DNA of 64,000 bases, from positions 84,368 to 148,367 of the forward strand of contig CP066688.1 of the NCBI GenBank assembly GCA_016432425.1, read 5' to 3'. Every line of letters begins with the position of its first letter. Positions within the stretch are counted from its first letter, which is position 1. Both the position numbers and the translations under genes were made by a program. The DNA is from Candidatus Daviesbacteria bacterium (GTDB taxonomy: Bacteria; Patescibacteriota; Microgenomatia; Daviesbacterales; UBA10151). This document shows positions 59,087 through 64,000 of the stretch, piece after piece. Below the pieces are notes generated by a model that did not search any database, was not told where the DNA came from, and worked only from the letters and a program-made list of their open reading frames with translations.

Positions 59087-60737
59087 TTGGATTAGCCGTT
59101 ACTAAATAAAAAATTACTTCCCCGCTGGGGGAGCGAATTGTCTTTACTAATCTCAAATTAGGGTTATCTAAAATTTTAGGATTAGTAACATCCTCTCTAC
59201 TGGAAGCCAGGAAAAGCTGTCCATTTTTTAAATTATTTTCAAATGGTCCAGCGAACTTTCCAAAATAATATTTTTTCTCTAAAGCAAATCCGTCAAAATT
59301 AGTAGTAATATCTTGAATAACTTTATCACCGGAAAATTGCTGATGAAATTTATTGGGATCATATTTCGTCCAAAATAAAAACCTAATTAAAGATGGCTCA
59401 TAACTATTATTAATATAAATTTGGGAGTATTGGTCCTCCTTTGCAGCTAAGTATTGCATTGGCTCTTTAAATCCAAAATTCCATGCCCTCCACGACTCTT
59501 TAGGGTAATGTTCAAAATAGCGATGCAGGAAAAAGGTAAAATTCACTATTCCTAAAATAATTAGACCCAATGCCAAATACCTTCTGAAAGATCCCTGATT
59601 TATTTTAGCAAGTAAATCATTTATCCCCCAGCCAATTAAAATAGACAACGGTGCCAACATTAAAAAATTCCTGGTAGCATGGAATCCCCCATCAAAAGTT
59701 AAAGCTGCCGGGATGGGGGAAATTAGTAGCCAACCAAATACCACCCATTTTTCTTTTTCTTTTTTATACAATAGAAACCAAATCCCCGCTATTAATGGAA
59801 TTAATTCATAAAAGTAAAATTGCCCCATTCCATGGACAGATTGGCGGAAATTAGGATCTCCATTTAAAAATAAAAACTCCGGAGAAAAAGCCCGTAAATA
59901 ATTTAAGGTAAACACTTGCAAATAAACCACTGGTTTATTGTGAAACACTTTTTCCAGATTGAAAGGGAGATTTTCATTTTGCTGGGCGAGTTGGACTTGA
60001 TCTTTTAATGATTGTTCGGAAAAAATACTAATTAAATTAAATCTTGCTCCGGCAGTTCCCGAAAGCCAATTACTTCCATAAGGAGCTAGTACTACCAAAA
60101 ATATTAGACCTGCCAAAAGATATTTGGGGAGGTTTTTAAATAATTCATTTCGATAAAGATAAACTAGCATTAGCACCAGTAGCGGCATGAATAAAGTAGC
60201 CGTACTATAAATATAAGGCGTTAAAGCAAATAATATGGCTGAAAAATAAAACCAGAGGTAATTTTTGACTCCCTTAAGAAAAAGAAAAGTTGCCCAAATT
60301 AAAAATGCCAGCAGCATGGTAACTTCAAAACCGGCCCGGGAAAAATGTATGTGCCAGGGAGAAATAGTAAGGATTAGGGCGGCGAATAGTCCTATTTTCT
60401 CACCAAATAAATGTTTTGCTAAGAAGAATAATCCTCCAATACCTAAAATCCCCCAGAACGCGGCTGGAATTCGCACTCCCCATTCGTTTAAACCAAAAAG
60501 TCCAATTGTGGGCACAGCTGAATATAAAAATAGAGGCGCCCGATATTCTGACAGAGAATGGAAAAATACCGGCAATTTTTGGCCGTACAGATCTTGCCCT
60601 GTTTTTAAAATGGAATAAGCCTGGTAACCTACGTCCAGTTCATCTCCAAACAGCTCAACCGGCACTTTATCCAGTTGATAAACCCGCAGGGTGATAGCCA
60701 GGATTAAACTTACAAGTAACAGGAAATATTTTTTCAA
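59076..60737 (-). CDS. ArnT/PMT_2-family GT-C, tandem paralog A
   Basis: GDELDVGYQAYSILKTG.D.YG, VRIPAA, SPWH.HFSR; TGCTAAAAT extended -10 nine nt upstream. Confidence 0.9.
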   Translation of the reverse strand: MKKYFLLLVSLILAITLRVYQLDKVPVELFGDELDVGYQAYSILKTGQDLYGQKLPVFFHSLSEYRAPLFLYSAVPTIGLFGLNEWGVRIPAAFWGILGIGGLFFLAKHLFGEKIGLFAALILTISPWHIHFSRAGFEVTMLLAFLIWATFLFLKGVKNYLWFYFSAILFALTPYIYSTATLFMPLLVLMLVYLYRNELFKNLPKYLLAGLIFLVVLAPYGSNWLSGTAGARFNLISIFSEQSLKDQVQLAQQNENLPFNLEKVFHNKPVVYLQVFTLNYLRAFSPEFLFLNGDPNFRQSVHGMGQFYFYELIPLIAGIWFLLYKKEKEKWVVFGWLLISPIPAALTFDGGFHATRNFLMLAPLSILIGWGINDLLAKINQGSFRRYLALGLIILGIVNFTFFLHRYFEHYPKESWRAWNFGFKEPMQYLAAKEDQYSQIYINNSYEPSLIRFLFWTKYDPNKFHQQFSGDKVIQDITTNFDGFALEKKYYFGKFAGPFENNLKNGQLFLASSREDVTNPKILDNPNLRLVKTIRSPSGEVIFYLVTANPNEN

Positions 60738-60769
60738 CCTAAAGTTATTTTAGCACGAAGTGGTGAATC

Positions 60770-60804
60770 AAGCTTTGCTTAGTGCAAAGCACCAAGCAGA
60801 GCTT
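60770..60804. terminator. Intergenic stem-loop downstream of the GT2 gene, upstream of the ArnT array
   Basis: AAGCTTTGCTTAGTGC-AAA-GCACCAAGCAGAGCTT, 16-bp arms with 2 imperfect pairs; no clear U-tract on the minus strand. Confidence 0.45.
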
Positions 60805-60807
60805 ATT

Positions 60808-61599
60808 TTAGCCTAAGGTTAGTTTACGGCGCAATCTGGCAATCAAGAAGATTAAATTTAAAATTGAACCTTCAATAAAACCATGGTAAATGTAAAGAGA
60901 TTTTCTGTTTAACAATGCCCGATCTAAACTAGATTTAGAACCTCCCACCAGATGTTTAATGTAAACTCCGGGGAAATAATAAACATGCTTTCCAGCTCTT
61001 TTGATTTTTCTGCACAAATCAATGTCTTCATAATAAAGAAAATATCTTTCATCAAACCCCTTAATTTCCTCAAATAATTTTTTACTGACTAACATGGCCG
61101 CCCCATAAACCGCCCCTACTTCAATAGGATGATTAACTGCTGGAACATATTGACCAAACTTATGTTTAATTCCTAAAATATATTCCCTAAAAGCTTCCCA
61201 GATGGTGGGTAAATTTCTAACAGAAGCTTGTATGGTGCCACTACTTTCGATTAATTTCGGCCCGACTAACCCCGCGTCTTTATCTTCATAAAAGCTAACC
61301 AGCTCATCCAAAATTGGTTTCTCCATTTGGGTATCAGGGTTTAGGAAAAATAAATACTGTCCCCTGGCCGATTTAACTCCCAAATTATTGCCTTTGGAAA
61401 ATCCCAAATTTTTATCTGATAATATTAGCTTAACATTTTTAAAATTTTTAATTTTTAAAGCTGTATCGTCATTGGAATGGTTGTCCACAATAATTAGCTC
61501 ATCCTTTGGAGAAATATTTTTTTGCACTGAAGAAATAAAGTTTTCAATTGAGCTGCCGTTGTTAAAACTGACAGAGATGATAGAAACTCTAATCGGCAT
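60808..61599 (-). CDS. GT2, WbbL-like
   Basis: NLGFSKGNN, FLNPD, GAAML, FLYYEDIDLC. Confidence 0.9.
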   Translation of the reverse strand: MPIRVSIISVSFNNGSSIENFISSVQKNISPKDELIIVDNHSNDDTALKIKNFKNVKLILSDKNLGFSKGNNLGVKSARGQYLFFLNPDTQMEKPILDELVSFYEDKDAGLVGPKLIESSGTIQASVRNLPTIWEAFREYILGIKHKFGQYVPAVNHPIEVGAVYGAAMLVSKKLFEEIKGFDERYFLYYEDIDLCRKIKRAGKHVYYFPGVYIKHLVGGSKSSLDRALLNRKSLYIYHGFIEGSILNLIFLIARLRRKLTLG

Positions 61600-62449
61600 A
61601 ATTAATCACCTCTAAATCTGATCTTGTACCGCCGGTTGTTTTTTTAATCTCACCTTTTTTGATAAAAGCCCACCCAAAAGGAATCCAATAACCTATTCCC
61701 AGTCCCCCCAATAATCTTTTGATTAAATTAATGCGGTGCTCAGTTAATAAATTTTTATCGGTAATATTTTTCCAGATAAATAATAGTTGGTTACGCTCTT
61801 GGACTTTTGCTACAAATTTGCTGGAGTGAGTTTTGCCAATAGTGGTACCGTGCTGATGATAAACTAAAGATTTTGGCTCCCATAAAATATTGAAACCTGT
61901 CTTTAAAGCCCTAAAAGAAAGGTCAATATCTTCCCAATAAAAAGGAGCAAACAGTCTGTCAAGCCCTCCTAAGCTTTGCCAGATTTTTTTATTAAAAGCA
62001 GCTGATCCCCCGGAAGCCCAGGCACTTTGATGCATTCTACTATCTTCTTCTGTTTTGACAAATTCATAATAACCATTTTTCCAGCAACTTTTCCCCCACC
62101 CCTGGCCCTCCTCATGGCAATTAACGGCAAATATTTTTGAGTCTCTAAAATGTTTTAGTAGTGGTTTTAAAAAATTTTTATCTACCAAAACATCGTTATT
62201 TAGCAGCACCACTATTTCTCCACTGGCCTCATTAAACAATTTGTTAACCGAGCTAACAAAACCCTTGTTTTGTTGATTAATCAATAATTTAACTTGGGGA
62301 AAATTTTCTTGAATAATTTTAATGCTCTCATCTTTTGAGGCATCATCATTAACCAAAACCTCATCTGCACCGGCAGCTAAAATATTGGGTAAGTTTTTGG
62401 GCAATAATTCTTCCCCGTTATAGTTAGGAATGGCAATTGTTACTTTCAT
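61589..62449 (-). CDS. GT2, WbbL-like
   Basis: IPNYNG, LLNND, SGGS, PFYWEDIDLSFRA; ATGA start at 62449. Confidence 0.9.
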   Translation of the reverse strand: MKVTIAIPNYNGEELLPKNLPNILAAGADEVLVNDDASKDESIKIIQENFPQVKLLINQQNKGFVSSVNKLFNEASGEIVVLLNNDVLVDKNFLKPLLKHFRDSKIFAVNCHEEGQGWGKSCWKNGYYEFVKTEEDSRMHQSAWASGGSAAFNKKIWQSLGGLDRLFAPFYWEDIDLSFRALKTGFNILWEPKSLVYHQHGTTIGKTHSSKFVAKVQERNQLLFIWKNITDKNLLTEHRINLIKRLLGGLGIGYWIPFGWAFIKKGEIKKTTGGTRSDLEVINYAD

Positions 62450-63654
62450 GAATTTTTTAAGGTTCGCCAACTTAAGCTTAAGGCTGAGGCGGCAAAAATA
62501 GTGGCAGCAAAGCTCCTGACCAGCTGTAACTTATCAGCACTTAATATTTCCGCCAAACCATTTACTTTATCTAAACCGGGCCAAAGGGGAGCAAATAATT
62601 TTAACTGCAGAGAACCGTCAAAAGAAAAAAACATGATCAAAAGACCCAAAAGCAGTCCTAAAATAGGCAGCAGTTTATTTCTATTTTGCTCACCGACAAA
62701 CCAGAGGATTAGGAGCGGGGTAATCCATAAAAACCATTGGATATGAAAATGGGTAAATGCTAAAACCGCTGTTAAACTGATGAGGGAAAAATTTAAAAAA
62801 TCTCTGTACTGTCTTTTTTTAAAAAAGAAGATAAAATATAAACCTAAAATTATGATGGGCACAATTAAAATATTTTCACTGCTGGAAAGGGGCAAGCTAG
62901 CATATAAAGACTTATCCAACTGGGGAGCAAATAAAGCACGGGTGCGAAATTCTGGAGAGTTCAGATAAGGAATAACGGTAATTAGAAAAGGAACCAGCGC
63001 TAAAGCAGTGAGCTTTAATCTTTGGCCCCAAGAGGTAGCCATTCCTAATAAATAAGGCAGCAGCAAAATGGGGGCGGACTTAATTGCCCCTCCCAAACCT
63101 AAAGATAAAGCTCCCAAATCTAGTCGGGATTTTTTAATTAATAACAAAGTTAAAACAATAAAGAAGGTCGCATAAACATCTGCCTGGCCAATTCCGGAAG
63201 AAACCCATAAGGAAACCGGATTAAAAATCCACAACACTGTGACTTTTTTTCTATCTGCAAAATTTACTATCTGTAACAGCAAAAAAGCAATCAGTAAATC
63301 AAAAATAATAAACGGCAGTTTGACGTATACTAAATATAACCATAAGGAAGGATTGCCAAAAAGAACACCTTGACTGCGTAAAAATAAATCTTCCGTTTTT
63401 TGATCAACTAAAATTCTGCCGATCATATGTCCGGGCAAGGAAATAAAATAGCTGAGTGGCAAATCATCTAAAATATCCTGGTTAGAAATTTTTGGCGCTA
63501 CTTCATAAAAATTTAAACTTGTCCTTTGAAATAAAACTGCGCTGGAGAGGGCTGGAGTACGGACATCAGGATGAAAAGTAAAAGCAGCAATAAATAGCCG
63601 CAATATTAAACCAATTAAAAAAAGGTACCACAGCCTATTAATTTTTTCCACCAA
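62446..63654 (-). CDS. GT87/PIG-M/ALG6-like GT-C glycosyltransferase
   Basis: HPD loop, KLP.I.FD, FNP.....S...GQAD, K..P, QW.LW..P. Confidence 0.75.
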   Translation of the reverse strand: MVEKINRLWYLFLIGLILRLFIAAFTFHPDVRTPALSSAVLFQRTSLNFYEVAPKISNQDILDDLPLSYFISLPGHMIGRILVDQKTEDLFLRSQGVLFGNPSLWLYLVYVKLPFIIFDLLIAFLLLQIVNFADRKKVTVLWIFNPVSLWVSSGIGQADVYATFFIVLTLLLIKKSRLDLGALSLGLGGAIKSAPILLLPYLLGMATSWGQRLKLTALALVPFLITVIPYLNSPEFRTRALFAPQLDKSLYASLPLSSSENILIVPIIILGLYFIFFFKKRQYRDFLNFSLISLTAVLAFTHFHIQWFLWITPLLILWFVGEQNRNKLLPILGLLLGLLIMFFSFDGSLQLKLFAPLWPGLDKVNGLAEILSADKLQLVRSFAATIFAASALSLSWRTLKNS

Positions 63655-64000
63655 TGATCCTTTCTATACGTAGACAGAAATTTTCCTTACTAAAAAACTT
63701 AGCTTTTTCAATGGCATTTTGGGCCAGCTGCCCTCTTAAAGAAGTATCTTTGACTAATTTAATGGTCTGATTTTCTAATTCTTCTAAATCATTCCACAAA
63801 AAACCGTTTTTGCTTTGTTCGACTATTTCTCTTTGCCCCCCCTTATTAATAACTACCGGAACACAACCAGCTGCCATAGCCTCTACTGTAGTAATGCCAA
63901 AATGTTCCATCTCTACCGGATCTTCCACCCCAAACCCCGCGCTATGCCAGTAAATACTGGACTGTTTATACAGCTTTAATAATTTCTCATAAGGATAGTT
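63638..64000 (-). CDS. GT4 glycosyltransferase, C-terminal part (ALG11-like signature); starts beyond the window
   Basis: Frame open from 64000: NYPYEKLLKLYKQSSIYWHSAGFG...MEHFGITTVEAMAAG. Confidence 0.85.
   Translation of the reverse strand, partial: NYPYEKLLKLYKQSSIYWHSAGFGVEDPVEMEHFGITTVEAMAAGCVPVVINKGGQREIVEQSKNGFLWNDLEELENQTIKLVKDTSLRGQLAQNAIEKAKFFSKENFCLRIERIIGGKN

Noticed and set aside
52525-60737. arnT / polymyxin-resistance operon call
   Set aside because: Only family-level similarity; arnA, arnB and arnD context is absent, so L-Ara4N transfer is unsupported.
522-62968. Short alternative-frame and antisense ORFs in the track (e.g. 522, 1550, 3273, 6051, 41387, 45824, 47188, 60265)
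   Set aside because: They lie within longer motif-bearing CDSs and have no recognisable motifs. Lys/Asn-rich antisense frames are expected opposite hydrophobic TM-coding DNA.
758-63842. Homopolymer runs (T9 near 758 and 2779; C7 near 6526, 10607 and 63836) as phase-variation switches
   Set aside because: The runs are short and expected in AT-rich, Lys/Phe-rich genes. The ORFs appear intact, and I saw no frameshifted gene.
1-64000. Alternative genetic code (TGA = Gly) or archaeal agl cluster
   Set aside because: TGA terminates many full-length genes at ATGA overlaps. Sigma70-type -10 boxes are present, and I saw no AglB/STT3 WWDxG motif.

Overview
Almost the whole 64 kb window is a single, very densely packed, AT-rich surface-glycosylation locus that continues past both edges. 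It uses the standard code (TGA is a stop), and I saw no rRNA, tRNA, CRISPR or transposase. By motif reading it encodes about 17 polytopic GT-C-type glycosyltransferases (ArnT/PMT-, PIG-V-, GT87- and AftD-like), several with C-terminal F5/8-C (discoidin) or other CBM-like domains. It also has 11 GT2 (about 5 resemble polyprenol-phosphate-sugar synthases), 4 GT4, 1 GT9, 9 SAM methyltransferases, 2 deacetylases, an SGNH protein, 2 NDP-sugar SDRs, Wzx, 2 LPG-synthase-TM flippase-like proteins and a partial heptose pathway. The gene content (DUF5667-like protein, GT-C expansion) and the near-leaderless promoters suggest a CPR/Patescibacteria genome, probably Microgenomates; this is inference. Highlights: (1) an ER- or mycobacterial-style, lipid-monophosphate-donor glycan assembly line; (2) a five-gene ArnT-like tandem array with patchy perfect DNA identity, including a 120-bp exact repeat, with three copies at a 1630-bp register; (3) a heptose-7-P kinase fused to a cupin instead of the usual adenylyltransferase; (4) dyad-symmetric bidirectional promoter elements, one containing a perfect Fur-box 7-1-7. 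All family calls come from reading motifs by eye, not from database searches.
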